DNA of 64,000 nucleotides. Origin: an uncultured Pelagibacteraceae bacterium (GTDB lineage Bacteria; Pseudomonadota; Alphaproteobacteria; Pelagibacterales; Pelagibacteraceae). The position numbers and the translations under genes were made by a program. The first letter of the stretch is position 1, and each line of letters starts with the position of its first letter. A model generated the notes under the pieces. That model was not told the DNA's origin and did no database searches. It was given only the letters and a program-made list of their open reading frames with translations. The stretch is taken from contig CACBYE010000004.1 of assembly GCA_902543375.1 (NCBI GenBank), forward strand, positions 5,869-69,868. Reading direction: 5' to 3'. Below, in pieces: positions 37,256 through 47,582 of this stretch.

Positions 37256-38425
37256 ATGCTTTTTAGTAAAGAGGAATATAAACAAAGACTTTCTAAAGTT
37301 AAAAATATGATGAAAGAAAAAGGCATAGAACTTTTAATTTCTCACGATACAAACAATATGAATTACTTGACTGGTTATGATGCTTGGTCTTTTTACTATG
37401 CCCAATGTGTAATAATACACGCTAACGCTGATGAGCCAATTTGTTTTGTTAGAGAACAAGATGCTGGAGGCGCTTATATAAAAACTTACCTGAAAAAAGA
37501 GAATATTATTGTTTATGACGAGCATTATATTCATACTTGGCCCAAACATCCTTACGACTATTTAGTAAAAATTATTAAAGAAAAAAAGTGGGATAAATTA
37601 TCAATTGGATTGGAAATGGATGCTCATTATTTCACAGCATTTTGTTACGAAAAGATAAAACAAGGATTGCCAAGTGCAAAGATAAAAGACTCTGAAAGAT
37701 TAGTTAATTGGATAAGATTAGTTAAATCTGATGCAGAAATAGGTTACATGAAATCCGCTGCAAAGATTTCAGAAGTTGGAATGAATAAAGCTTTTGATGT
37801 AATTAAACCAGGAGTTAGACAATGTGATGCTGTTGGTGAAATACAAAAAGCACTTTTTTGTGGAACGTCAGAATATGGCGGAGAATATTCAAGTATCGCT
37901 ACTCTTTTACCTACTGGCGAAGGAACTTCAGCATCACATTTGACTGCAACGCAAGATAAATTTGTTGAGGGTGAGGCAACAATTATTGAATTATCGGGTG
38001 TCTATAAAAGATATCATGCTCCGATGGCTCGAACAATTTTGTTAGGAAAGCCTGATCAATTAAAAATTGATACAATGAAAAAAACAATTGAGGCTCTTCA
38101 AGCAGGAATAGATGCAACAAAACCAGGAAATAGAGTTGATGATGTTGCACAAGCTTTTTGGAAAATTTTAGATAAATATGGAATAGAAAAAAAGTCTAGA
38201 ACAGGTTATTCAATTGGGATTGGTTATCCTCCTGACTGGGGAGAACATACACTCAATATTTACAAGGGAGATATGACAATTTTAGAACCTAATGTTTGTT
38301 TTCATATGATTGCTGTAATGCAATTTGGAAACTGGGGTGTAGAAGCATCCGAGGCAATTAGAGTAACTGATACAGGTGCTGAACTATTTTGTAGTTTTCC
38401 AAAAGAACTCCACGTTAAAAGCTAA
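37256..38425 (+). CDS. M24-fold hydrolase, ectoine hydrolase EutD/DoeA-like
   Basis: FSKEEY, YLTGYDAWSFY, SASH, RYHAPMART, GYSIG.GYPPDWGE. Confidence 0.82.
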   Translation: MLFSKEEYKQRLSKVKNMMKEKGIELLISHDTNNMNYLTGYDAWSFYYAQCVIIHANADEPICFVREQDAGGAYIKTYLKKENIIVYDEHYIHTWPKHPYDYLVKIIKEKKWDKLSIGLEMDAHYFTAFCYEKIKQGLPSAKIKDSERLVNWIRLVKSDAEIGYMKSAAKISEVGMNKAFDVIKPGVRQCDAVGEIQKALFCGTSEYGGEYSSIATLLPTGEGTSASHLTATQDKFVEGEATIIELSGVYKRYHAPMARTILLGKPDQLKIDTMKKTIEALQAGIDATKPGNRVDDVAQAFWKILDKYGIEKKSRTGYSIGIGYPPDWGEHTLNIYKGDMTILEPNVCFHMIAVMQFGNWGVEASEAIRVTDTGAELFCSFPKELHVKS

Positions 38426-38477
38426 CTTTTAAAGGTTGATATTTATTGTCACAAATGTTTTAAAGTTATCTGATATT

Positions 38478-39563
38478 ATGGCATCTAAAAAAGATTTCGT
38501 TAAATTTGATAAAGTTGACAAAAGCTACGATGGTAAAATTTTAGTTGTAAAAGATCTTCAATTAGACATAGCTGAGGGTGAGTTTATAACAATGTTAGGA
38601 CCTTCTGGTTCAGGTAAAACCACCTGTTTAATGATGTTGGCTGGATTTGAAACACCAACAAATGGCGAAATTTATTTAGATGGAAATGCGATTTCAAGTA
38701 TTCCTCCTCACAAAAGAGGTATAGGTATGGTTTTTCAAAACTATGCGTTATTTCCTCATATGACTGTTTATGAGAATTTAGCTTTTCCTTTAAGAGTAAG
38801 AAAAATACCTAAAGACGAGGCAGATAAAAAAATCGATAAAGCATTATCAATGGTATCCTTACAAGGCTTTGCTGCTAGGATGCCTGGCCAGTTGTCTGGT
38901 GGGCAACAACAAAGAGTAGCTGTTGCAAGATCACTCGTTTTTGATCCTCAATTAGTTTTGATGGATGAACCACTTGGAGCTTTGGATAAAAATTTAAGAG
39001 AAAGTATGCAATATGAAATTAAACATATTCATGAAAGCATTGGTGTAACAGTTGTTTACGTTACTCATGATCAAAGTGAAGCTTTAACTATGTCTAACCG
39101 TATTGCTGTTTTTAATGATGGAAAAGTTCAACAACTTTCCAGTCCTGACGAATTGTATGAAAAGCCAGTAAACTCTTTTGTTGCTGAGTTTATCGGTGAG
39201 AACAATACTTTTGCTGGTGAAGTATCAGATATTTCTGATGGTAGGTGCAAAGTGAAGTTAGCTAATGCTGAAATATTAGCAAATCCAATTTCAGTTAAGG
39301 GCAAAGGTGAAAAAACGACAGTTTCATTAAGACCTGAAAGAGCATTAATTAATCCATCAGATAAAATGGATAACATACACAATGGAAAAATCGAGGAAGT
39401 TATTTATCATGGAGATCATACAAGAGTTAGAATTAACTTATTAGGTAATCCCGAATTTATTCTTAAAATACCTAATAGTTCATCCAATTTAGATATAAAG
39501 CTAGGAAATGAAATTAAGATTGGATGGAACAGTGATGACGCCAGAGCTTTAGACCCAAAATAA
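38478..39563 (+). CDS. potA: ABC transporter ATP-binding subunit (PotA-like)
   Basis: GPSGSGKT, VFQNYALFPHM, LSGGQQQR, C-terminal TOBE region; ATG 38478. Confidence 0.9.
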   Translation: MASKKDFVKFDKVDKSYDGKILVVKDLQLDIAEGEFITMLGPSGSGKTTCLMMLAGFETPTNGEIYLDGNAISSIPPHKRGIGMVFQNYALFPHMTVYENLAFPLRVRKIPKDEADKKIDKALSMVSLQGFAARMPGQLSGGQQQRVAVARSLVFDPQLVLMDEPLGALDKNLRESMQYEIKHIHESIGVTVVYVTHDQSEALTMSNRIAVFNDGKVQQLSSPDELYEKPVNSFVAEFIGENNTFAGEVSDISDGRCKVKLANAEILANPISVKGKGEKTTVSLRPERALINPSDKMDNIHNGKIEEVIYHGDHTRVRINLLGNPEFILKIPNSSSNLDIKLGNEIKIGWNSDDARALDPK

Positions 39564-39599
39564 ACGCTAGATACATCATTTAATCACCAAAAAGGGCTG

Positions 39600-39628
39600 T
39601 TGACTCTCATTATCGATATTGCTGTAAT
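39600..39628 (+). promoter_or_regulatory. Internal sigma70 promoter for the substrate-binding protein gene
   Basis: TTGACT-N17-TGTAAT; SD GGAGG at 39655-39659. Confidence 0.7.
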
Positions 39629-39663
39629 CTAATTTTATAAAAAAACGTTTAAACGGAGGAAAA

Positions 39664-40779
39664 ATGAAAAAAATTAGTAAGTTATTACTAGCCCTTTCTT
39701 TTGTATTCTCTTTAACTACATCAGCATACGCGGTTACAGTTGCGTCATGGGGTGGAGCTTATACAGAAAGTCAGAAGTTAGGTTATGGTGATCCTACTGC
39801 AAAGAAATTAGGTGTCCCAATTAATTGGGTCGACTATTCAGGTGGATTATCAGAAATAAAAGCACAAAAAGAAGCTGGTGCAATTACGTGGGATATAATG
39901 GACGTATTTGCTATGGATACTATCAACGGCTGTGATGAGGGATTATTTGTTAAATTTGATTTTGACAAAGATTTTCCACCAGCACCAGATGGAACTCCAG
40001 CAAGTAAAGATTTCTTTACTGGAATGCCAAGTGAATGTGCTGTAGGAAATATTTTATATTCTTGGAACTACGCTTATAACTCAGACAATGTTAAAGGTAC
40101 TCCAAAGACTATCAAAGATTTCTTTAACACTAAAAAATTTCCTGGAAAAAGAGCTATCTACAAAGGCGCTCTAACAAATTTAGAGATCGCTTTAGCAGCT
40201 GATGGTATTAAACCAGGTAAAGGTGGAGCAAAAATCTACAAAGCTCTTGAGACTGAAAAAGGTGTTCAAAGAGCAATGGATAAGATCAAAGAACTTTGCA
40301 CAGACCCTAAAGGTGGATGTGTATTTTGGTCTGCAGGTGCTCAACCACCAGAACTGTTAATGAGTGGTGAAGTTGTTATGGCAACTGGCTGGAATGGTAG
40401 ATTCTTTAACGCTGCTGTAGGTGAAGGCGCTCCAATCGTTCAAGTTTGGGATGGACAAGGTCTTGACTATGAGTACTTTGTATTAGTTAAGGGTTCGCCA
40501 AACGAAGCTGATGCTATGAAAGCTTTGGCTGAGATGACAAGTACTGAAGGTTTAGCAGGAAGTGCAAAATATATTGCATATGCTCCTTGGAGAAAATCAT
40601 CTATCAAAGTGATGGAAAAAGGTGAGCCGTGGTATAAAGATGGTAAAACTAACATGGTACCAAATATGCCAACTGCACCAGCAAACACTAAAAATTACTT
40701 CTTAGTAGATCCACTTTACTGGGCCGATAATGGAACAGAACTTGGTGAAAAATGGGAAGCAATGAAAGCAGGATTTTAA
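39664..40779 (+). CDS. potD: ABC substrate-binding protein (PotD-like family; ligand uncertain)
   Basis: Signal peptide, SWGGAY, KKFPGKR, ALAADG, WNGR. Confidence 0.85.
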   Translation: MKKISKLLLALSFVFSLTTSAYAVTVASWGGAYTESQKLGYGDPTAKKLGVPINWVDYSGGLSEIKAQKEAGAITWDIMDVFAMDTINGCDEGLFVKFDFDKDFPPAPDGTPASKDFFTGMPSECAVGNILYSWNYAYNSDNVKGTPKTIKDFFNTKKFPGKRAIYKGALTNLEIALAADGIKPGKGGAKIYKALETEKGVQRAMDKIKELCTDPKGGCVFWSAGAQPPELLMSGEVVMATGWNGRFFNAAVGEGAPIVQVWDGQGLDYEYFVLVKGSPNEADAMKALAEMTSTEGLAGSAKYIAYAPWRKSSIKVMEKGEPWYKDGKTNMVPNMPTAPANTKNYFLVDPLYWADNGTELGEKWEAMKAGF

Positions 40780-40815
40780 TTTTAAGTTTTAAAGATTAAA
40801 ATTTTATAATATATT

Positions 40816-40846
40816 AGAGGGCGGTTATTATTAACCGCCCTTTTTA
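40816..40846 (+). terminator. Stem-loop (terminator/mRNA stabiliser) after the binding-protein gene
   Basis: AGGGCGGTTA / TAACCGCCCT stem followed by T-run. Confidence 0.85.
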
Positions 40847-40849
40847 TTT

Positions 40850-42103
40850 ATGAGCTCAGAAAATAAACAAATTTTAACAACCGACGGAATTCCTTTAGAG
40901 GTTAGTTTAAAAAAAGCTGAAAAAAAGAATAAAGTAAAAGCTTTTTTATTAGTTGCACCTTTATTATTATTTATAATCATTACCTATGTATTTCCAATCG
41001 GAGACATGCTTATGAGAAGTGTGGATGACAAAATGGTAACAGAAATGCTTCCTAAAACTTATAAATCAATGGAAACATGGGACGGAAAAGAGTTACCGCC
41101 AGAGGAAGTATTTGAAGCATTTTATTTTGACTTTCAAAGATTAATTGAGGAAGAACGTGAAGGAAAATTATCAACACAACTTAATTATACCAAGAACGGT
41201 TTTAAAAGTATTATTAAAAAATTAAGACGAAAATCTAAATCCTTTGAAGAAGGAAATTATAAAGAACAAATTATGGCTGTTCATAAAAGATGGGCAGATG
41301 TTGAATACTGGAGAGCGATCAAACGAAGAGCTCCAGCGTATACATACCAAAAATATTTAAAAGGTATGGATATGTATGAAAACGAAAAAGGAGAAATAGT
41401 TAATGTAGCTGAAGACAGAAGGGTTCATAGAATTTTGTGGCTTAGAACTTTAGAAATTGCATTTTTTGTTACGGTGTTTTGTTTTCTTATGGCTTATCCA
41501 ATAGCCCATTTGTTAGCAACTTTACCCATGAAGTACAGTAACCTATTAATGATTTGTGTTTTACTTCCTTTCTGGACATCGTTACTTGTTAGGACAGCAA
41601 GTTGGATGATTTTGTTGCAACAACAAGGAATAGTAAATGATTTTTTTGTTATGATTGGATTAGTGTCAGATGATAATAGGATTGAAATGATGTTTAATAA
41701 AACAGGAAGTTATGTGGCGATGACACAAATATTGTTACCTTTTATGGTTTTACCTCTTTATAGTGTGATGAAGACAATCTCCCCAAGCTTGATGAGAGCT
41801 GGAAAGTCTTTAGGAGGAACACCTTTTATAGCGTTTTGGAAAGTTTATTTTCCATTAACAATTCCAGGTATAGGGGCTGGTTGTTTGTTGGTTTTTATTT
41901 TAGCTATTGGTTATTATATTACTCCTGCTTTGGTTGGAGGGGCTTCAGGTACTTTAATAAGTAATCAAATTGCATTTCACATGAAGAGCACACTAGACTG
42001 GAGTTTTGCATCAGCAATGGGACTAATGTTATTAAGTGGAGTTTTAGTTATTTATTGGCTTTATAATAAATTAGTAGGAATAGATAATATTAAATTAGGA
42101 TAA
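40850..42103 (+). CDS. potB: ABC permease (PotB-like) with large soluble insertion after TM1
   Basis: LPFWTSLLVR, LPFMVLPLY, EAA-like loop, GYYITPALVGG. Confidence 0.88.
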   Translation: MSSENKQILTTDGIPLEVSLKKAEKKNKVKAFLLVAPLLLFIIITYVFPIGDMLMRSVDDKMVTEMLPKTYKSMETWDGKELPPEEVFEAFYFDFQRLIEEEREGKLSTQLNYTKNGFKSIIKKLRRKSKSFEEGNYKEQIMAVHKRWADVEYWRAIKRRAPAYTYQKYLKGMDMYENEKGEIVNVAEDRRVHRILWLRTLEIAFFVTVFCFLMAYPIAHLLATLPMKYSNLLMICVLLPFWTSLLVRTASWMILLQQQGIVNDFFVMIGLVSDDNRIEMMFNKTGSYVAMTQILLPFMVLPLYSVMKTISPSLMRAGKSLGGTPFIAFWKVYFPLTIPGIGAGCLLVFILAIGYYITPALVGGASGTLISNQIAFHMKSTLDWSFASAMGLMLLSGVLVIYWLYNKLVGIDNIKLG

Positions 42104-42107
42104 AAAA

Positions 42108-42962
42108 ATGGCTTTACCTAAATATACTGAAACCCATTATAGAATTTGGCACTATATCTATCTGACTATTTGTGCAGCGGTTTTCTTCTTTCTTATTGCT
42201 CCATTATTTGTAATTTTTCCATTATCTTTTAATGCTGAGGAATTTTTAGTTTTCTCTGATGGAATGAAACGACTAGATCCTGATGCATTTTCGTTAAGAT
42301 GGTATCAAGACATGATTTATGGAACTAAAAATCCCTGGGGTTTAGCAGCAAAAAATAGTTTCATCATTGCTATTTTTGCAACCATTGGCTCAGTTTTACT
42401 TGGAACAGTTGCTGCCTTAGGTTTGAGCAGCAGACACATGCCTTACAAAGGTTTAATTATGGCAGTATTAATTTCGCCAATGATTGTTCCTTTAATTATA
42501 TCTGGTGTTGCAATTTTTTTCTTTATGGCCAAAGCTGGTTTGGCAGCAACCCACACAGGTATTGTTCTTGCACACATTGTTTTAGGAACACCATTTGTGG
42601 TAATTACAGTTACAGCAACATTGTCAGGATTTGATCATAGCGTAACAAGAGCTGCTGCAAGTCTTGGAAGTAATCCAGTAAATACTTTTATGAAAATAAC
42701 TTTGCCTTTAATTTTGCCAGGCGTTATTTCTGGTGGATTATTTGCATTTGTGACGTCATTCGACGAAGTAGTTGTTGTATTATTTTTAGCAGGACTTGAA
42801 AATACCACTATACCGATTCAAATGTGGACGGGTTTAAGAGAGCAATTAAGTCCAACCATCCTTGCTGTCGCAACTTGCCTTATTGTATTATCGACTTTAA
42901 TTCTAGTAACCGCTGAACTCTTGAGAAGAAGATCTGAGAGACTCAGAGGTATAAATCAATAG
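42108..42962 (+). CDS. potC: ABC permease (PotC-like)
   Basis: FSLRWY, SPMIVP, AAASLG, TSFDEVVV. Confidence 0.88.
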   Translation: MALPKYTETHYRIWHYIYLTICAAVFFFLIAPLFVIFPLSFNAEEFLVFSDGMKRLDPDAFSLRWYQDMIYGTKNPWGLAAKNSFIIAIFATIGSVLLGTVAALGLSSRHMPYKGLIMAVLISPMIVPLIISGVAIFFFMAKAGLAATHTGIVLAHIVLGTPFVVITVTATLSGFDHSVTRAAASLGSNPVNTFMKITLPLILPGVISGGLFAFVTSFDEVVVVLFLAGLENTTIPIQMWTGLREQLSPTILAVATCLIVLSTLILVTAELLRRRSERLRGINQ

Positions 42963-42974
42963 TAAAATCCTTAA

Positions 42975-45197
42975 ATGAAATTTAAAAACGTAGTTGTGAT
43001 TGGTTCGGGAACAATGGGTAGTGGAATAGCTGCTCACTTATGCAATGCAAATATACCTGTTACTTTGCTTGATTTAAAAACTGAAATAAGTGAAAAAGCA
43101 AGAGATAGAATTCACAAGTCTAGGCCCCCTCTATTAATTGATAAGTCAAAAATCAATAATATCAAAGTTGGAAACATAAATGATAATTTTGATGTAGTTA
43201 AAGATGCTGATTGGGTAGTTGAGGCTGTGGTTGAAAGAATTGATATCAAACATCAAATTTATGAAAAAATATTTAAAGCAAGAAAAAAGGGTGCAATAGT
43301 TTCATCAAACACATCCTCAATACCTATTAAAGTTTTATCTCAACATTTGACTGATGTAGAAAAAAAAGATTTCTGTATCACACATTTTTTTAACCCCGTT
43401 AGATATATGGGTCTACTAGAAATAGTTAAAAATGAAAACAATGATCTTGATAAAATTAATGAATTAAAAAAATTTTGTGAGATAGAACTAGGTAAAGGCG
43501 CAATTGTTTGTAATGATACTCCTGGTTTTTTAGGCAATAGAGTTGGGGTTTTTGCTATGCAAATAGCAATGACAGAGGCATTTAAGATGAAACTTTCAGT
43601 AGAAGAGGCAGATGCAATTTTTGGAAGACCTATGGGAATTCCAAAAACAGGAGTATTTGGTCTCTACGATTTAATTGGCATCGATTTAATGGCAGATGTA
43701 TTAAAAAGTTTTATTAAAGAATTACCTAAGACAGATAAATTTCATGAAGTTGCAAAAGAAATTCCATTAGTAAAAAAACTCATTGAGACAGGTTATACTG
43801 GAAGAAAAGGTAAGGGTGGCTTTTATAGAATGAACAAGGCAGGAGCCACGAAGGTTATGGAAGCTATCAATCTTGAAACTGGAGACTACGCGCCAAGCAA
43901 AAAGATAGATATAAAATCAGATAAATTAGATCTTAAGGGTTTAATTAATAGGCAAGATAAATATGGAGAATATGCCTGGTCAGTAATTTCTAAGATAATT
44001 AAATATGCATCGTCATTAGTTCCAGGAATTACAAAAGAGTTTAATGATATTGATGAAGCAATGAGACTAGGTTTTAACTGGGCAAAAGGACCTTTTGAAA
44101 TGCTCGAAGAAATAGGAGTTGAGAATTTCTATAGCAAAATAGATGACTTTGGTGGCAATAATTTTTTAGAGAATTTATCAAAAAATAAAAATGAAGATTT
44201 TTATGGTGAAAGACAAAAATATACCAATATAGAGACTTTAGGAAAAGTTAAGAAAACAGCATCAAGTTTGGATGGAAATGATTCTGCAAAAATTTATAGG
44301 TTTAATGATTATAATATTGTTGAGTTTACTACAAAAGCTAACGCTTTAGATTACGATTCTATGGATGCTCTTAAAAAAGCAACTGATAAACCTTTGATAA
44401 TTATTAATGAAAGCATGCAATTTTCTGCTGGTGTGAACTTAACTTACACAATGCAGTTTGCCGATAAAAAAGATTTTAAATCTATAGAAAAGTTCATTAA
44501 ATATTTTCAAGAAACATGTAAGCATTTAAAATACTCTAAACATCCAGTTATTTCAGCTCCATCAGGATTAACATTAGGTGGTGGTTTTGAAGTTATGGTT
44601 CAAAGTAATTTTGTAGCATCGCATACAAATATTGTAGTTGGATTAGTTGAAACTATAGTGGGTTTGATTCCAGCTGGAGGAGGATGTAAAGAAATGTTAG
44701 CACGTTGGATGGATACTGATGAAGCAAAGTCAGACCCTAATTATGCACCACTAAAAGTTTTTGATATTATTGGATATGGCAAGACAGCTACGTCACCAGT
44801 TGAGGCAGAACCAATGAAATATCTAAGACCTAGTGATAAAAAAATAATGAATAGAAATAGTTTATTAGAAGTTTCTAAAAAAATTTTAAATGAAAATAAG
44901 GATTTTACGCCACCTGAGGAACTTAAGTTTAATTTACCAGGAAAGTCAGTGATTGGTAAGATGGATAAGATTTTAGAAAAACTTTACAATGATAAGGTTA
45001 TATTAGATCATGGAGTAGAGGTTGCAAAAGAATTAGCTCATGTTTTAAGTGGAGGTGAAACCACAGTTGAAAAAACTCTTTCTGAAGATGATTTATTTAA
45101 ATTAGAGCTTGATGCTTTTATGAGATTAATTGAAACTCAAAAAACGCAAGATAGAATAAAACACACTTTGGCAACTGGTAAACCTTTAGTTAACTAA
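42975..45197 (+). CDS. 3-hydroxyacyl-CoA dehydrogenase / enoyl-CoA hydratase (FadN-type architecture)
   Basis: GSGTMG, SSNTSS, HFFNP, DTPGFLGNR; C-terminal crotonase domain LGGGFE, GLVE. Confidence 0.9.
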   Translation: MKFKNVVVIGSGTMGSGIAAHLCNANIPVTLLDLKTEISEKARDRIHKSRPPLLIDKSKINNIKVGNINDNFDVVKDADWVVEAVVERIDIKHQIYEKIFKARKKGAIVSSNTSSIPIKVLSQHLTDVEKKDFCITHFFNPVRYMGLLEIVKNENNDLDKINELKKFCEIELGKGAIVCNDTPGFLGNRVGVFAMQIAMTEAFKMKLSVEEADAIFGRPMGIPKTGVFGLYDLIGIDLMADVLKSFIKELPKTDKFHEVAKEIPLVKKLIETGYTGRKGKGGFYRMNKAGATKVMEAINLETGDYAPSKKIDIKSDKLDLKGLINRQDKYGEYAWSVISKIIKYASSLVPGITKEFNDIDEAMRLGFNWAKGPFEMLEEIGVENFYSKIDDFGGNNFLENLSKNKNEDFYGERQKYTNIETLGKVKKTASSLDGNDSAKIYRFNDYNIVEFTTKANALDYDSMDALKKATDKPLIIINESMQFSAGVNLTYTMQFADKKDFKSIEKFIKYFQETCKHLKYSKHPVISAPSGLTLGGGFEVMVQSNFVASHTNIVVGLVETIVGLIPAGGGCKEMLARWMDTDEAKSDPNYAPLKVFDIIGYGKTATSPVEAEPMKYLRPSDKKIMNRNSLLEVSKKILNENKDFTPPEELKFNLPGKSVIGKMDKILEKLYNDKVILDHGVEVAKELAHVLSGGETTVEKTLSEDDLFKLELDAFMRLIETQKTQDRIKHTLATGKPLVN

Positions 45198-45833
45198 CAT
45201 CCTTAAGGAATTTATAAAATCAGGTCTTAAAACGTATTCAGATTTGTCCAAGTATTTTATTTTATACAAAGCCTCTAAACCATAAATTACTTTTCCAATA
45301 GGTGTAAACTCAGTTTCAAATAATGGTTCATCTCTCAGAATTATGAAGAATTGGCTATCCTCAGTATTATACTTTTTAGTTCTTGCTAATGCGACACTAC
45401 CTTTATCAAAATCAAACGGTGTATCTATTTCTGAATTAATTGTTCCCAACCCAGATTTACCAGTCCCAATCTTTCCATAATCAAGATACCCTTTTTTACC
45501 AAATTCTAAGTCTCCTGCTTGTACAATTGTATTTTTAATTACTCTATGAAAAGCTATATTATCATACGCCTTAGATTTGATTAATTTTTTGAATCTTTTT
45601 ACTGCTTTGGGTGAAACGTCAGGATATAATTCTATAATAACATTTCCACATTCAACATTCAAAATTGCGATATTTTCAGGATGATTAAACTCTAAATTTT
45701 TAGGATCATAATTTTTTATGAATAAACATTTATTCTTTATCAAAAAAAAAGAGCTAAAAGAGAATATCGCTAAAATAACTATAAATATAAAAATTATTTT
45801 TTCTGATCTTGAGGGTTTTATTTTTTCAATCAC
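45186..45833 (-). CDS. Membrane-anchored cyclophilin-type peptidyl-prolyl isomerase
   Basis: FHRVI...QAGD, SQFFI, GKVIYG; N-terminal TM. Confidence 0.85.
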   Translation of the reverse strand: MIEKIKPSRSEKIIFIFIVILAIFSFSSFFLIKNKCLFIKNYDPKNLEFNHPENIAILNVECGNVIIELYPDVSPKAVKRFKKLIKSKAYDNIAFHRVIKNTIVQAGDLEFGKKGYLDYGKIGTGKSGLGTINSEIDTPFDFDKGSVALARTKKYNTEDSQFFIILRDEPLFETEFTPIGKVIYGLEALYKIKYLDKSEYVLRPDFINSLRMLVN

Positions 45834-46552
45834 AAAATAAAGTTTTCATCAATTTTTAGTAGGTTTGTTTTAATAAATTGTATTTTTTTTTCTAAAATTG
45901 GGTCGAGATTATTCAATTTTTTTTCAATCATTAAATGCGAAAAAACCTCTGCCATATCTTCAGACGCGGTAGATTGTGAATATTCAGAGAAAAAACCCTT
46001 AGTATTTATATACGTATCTAGACCAAGCTTATCAGTACAGGTAGAACATTTAGCATATTTGAATTCGTTCACATTAAAATTAGTCCAAACCTTTTCATTA
46101 AATAATTCCTCAAAACTATCGTTAATGATATGAAAAACTTCGTGATGAATTACTCTTTCAAAATATTTTTCATTAAACCTAACATCTAATATAAGAGTTT
46201 TCATCACATGATCTGGTATCCCAGCAGTATTTATTTTTGATATTGATAAATCTTCACATAAAACAATATATTTAAGATTAATTTTTTTTAAAAATTTTTG
46301 ACTATATTTATTTAGATTTCTTTGAATTATTTTGTATTTTTTATCAATTGTTTCTTTTTTTGAATTGTAACAACTAATATTATTATCAATCCCTAATGTG
46401 AAAGGTTGTTTGGCATAAAAATACCTTAGCTTATTTGGAGTTTTGATGTCATAAATTTCTAAATTTGGAATTTTAATTAGATTATAAATTGTATCTGCAT
46501 AGATTTGAGAAGAAATAAATGAAGAAAGTATAATCAATATAATTAATCTCAT
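45830..46552 (-). CDS. Exported putative zinc metallopeptidase (HEXXH)
   Basis: Signal peptide from ATG 46552, HHEVFH and downstream EDMAE. Confidence 0.65.
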   Translation of the reverse strand: MRLIILIILSSFISSQIYADTIYNLIKIPNLEIYDIKTPNKLRYFYAKQPFTLGIDNNISCYNSKKETIDKKYKIIQRNLNKYSQKFLKKINLKYIVLCEDLSISKINTAGIPDHVMKTLILDVRFNEKYFERVIHHEVFHIINDSFEELFNEKVWTNFNVNEFKYAKCSTCTDKLGLDTYINTKGFFSEYSQSTASEDMAEVFSHLMIEKKLNNLDPILEKKIQFIKTNLLKIDENFIL

Positions 46553-46605
46553 AAATTTACACATAGAAGATATTCCAATTTAGATGAATGTGATACAGTT
46601 TTACT

Positions 46606-47565
46606 GTGAAAAAAAAAGGAAATAAAGATCCAATCCAACCTGTAAGTGGTACAAAAGTACCCAGATTTGCTGGACCCTCAACCTTTGCAAGATTACCTGA
46701 GTTAAGAGATGTTGAAAGTTGTGATGTTGCAATTGTTGGTATTCCATTTGATGCAGGCACAAGTTATAGACCAGGTGCAAGATTTGGACCTCAGCATATT
46801 AGACAAGCTTCTCGACACTTAAGAACAAATTATCATCCAAGCTATGATGTTGAACCTTTTAAAGTACAACAAGTTGCAGATGCTGGGGATATTACTTGTA
46901 ATCCTTTTAATATAGAAGAGGCAATCAAACAGATAGAAACAGGAGCTGAGGAATTATTAAATAAAGTTGGAGGCATTATAAGTTTAGGGGGTGACCACAC
47001 AATTGCATTTCCGTTGTTAAAGGCTGTTAACAAAATTAACAATGGTCCAGTAGCTCTAGTTCATTTTGATGCTCATCTAGATACTTGGGATACATATTTT
47101 GGTGCACCTTACACCCATGGTACACCCTTTAGAAGAGCTAGAGAGGAAAACTTATTTTTAGATGATGCCTCTATGCATGTAGGTATAAGAGGTCCATTAT
47201 ATAGTAGAGAGGATTTAAAAAATGACGAAAGTTTTGGGTTTAAAATAATTCATTGTGATGAATTCCAAACACAGGGCGCAGATAAAATAGCTGAAAGAAT
47301 TAAAAAAAGGGTAGGAAATAATCCTTTGTACTTATCTATAGATATTGATGTATTGGATCCTGCTTTTGCCCCTGGTACAGGTACTCCAGAAGTAGCTGGA
47401 ATGACATCAAGAGAAATGATCAATGTTCTTAGAGGTTTATCGGGATTAAATTTAATATCAGCAGATGTGGTTGAAGTTTCTCCAGCATATGATCATGCTG
47501 AAGTTACTTCTCTTGCTGCTGCAACTATAGTATATGAATTAACAAATTTATTTGCAAAAAAATAA
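46606..47565 (+). CDS. speB: Ureohydrolase (agmatinase/guanidinobutyrase family)
   Basis: RPGARFGP, GGDH, DAHLD, HGTPF, SIDIDVLDP, PGTGTP. Confidence 0.85.
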   Translation: MKKKGNKDPIQPVSGTKVPRFAGPSTFARLPELRDVESCDVAIVGIPFDAGTSYRPGARFGPQHIRQASRHLRTNYHPSYDVEPFKVQQVADAGDITCNPFNIEEAIKQIETGAEELLNKVGGIISLGGDHTIAFPLLKAVNKINNGPVALVHFDAHLDTWDTYFGAPYTHGTPFRRAREENLFLDDASMHVGIRGPLYSREDLKNDESFGFKIIHCDEFQTQGADKIAERIKKRVGNNPLYLSIDIDVLDPAFAPGTGTPEVAGMTSREMINVLRGLSGLNLISADVVEVSPAYDHAEVTSLAAATIVYELTNLFAKK

Positions 47566-47582
47566 TCAAGGCTTAGATTTTT

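Noticed and set aside
42975..45197. Carnitine dehydrogenase linked to the ABC importer
   Set aside because: The architecture is dehydrogenase plus C-terminal crotonase (FadN type), not the carnitine dehydrogenase-thioesterase fusion.
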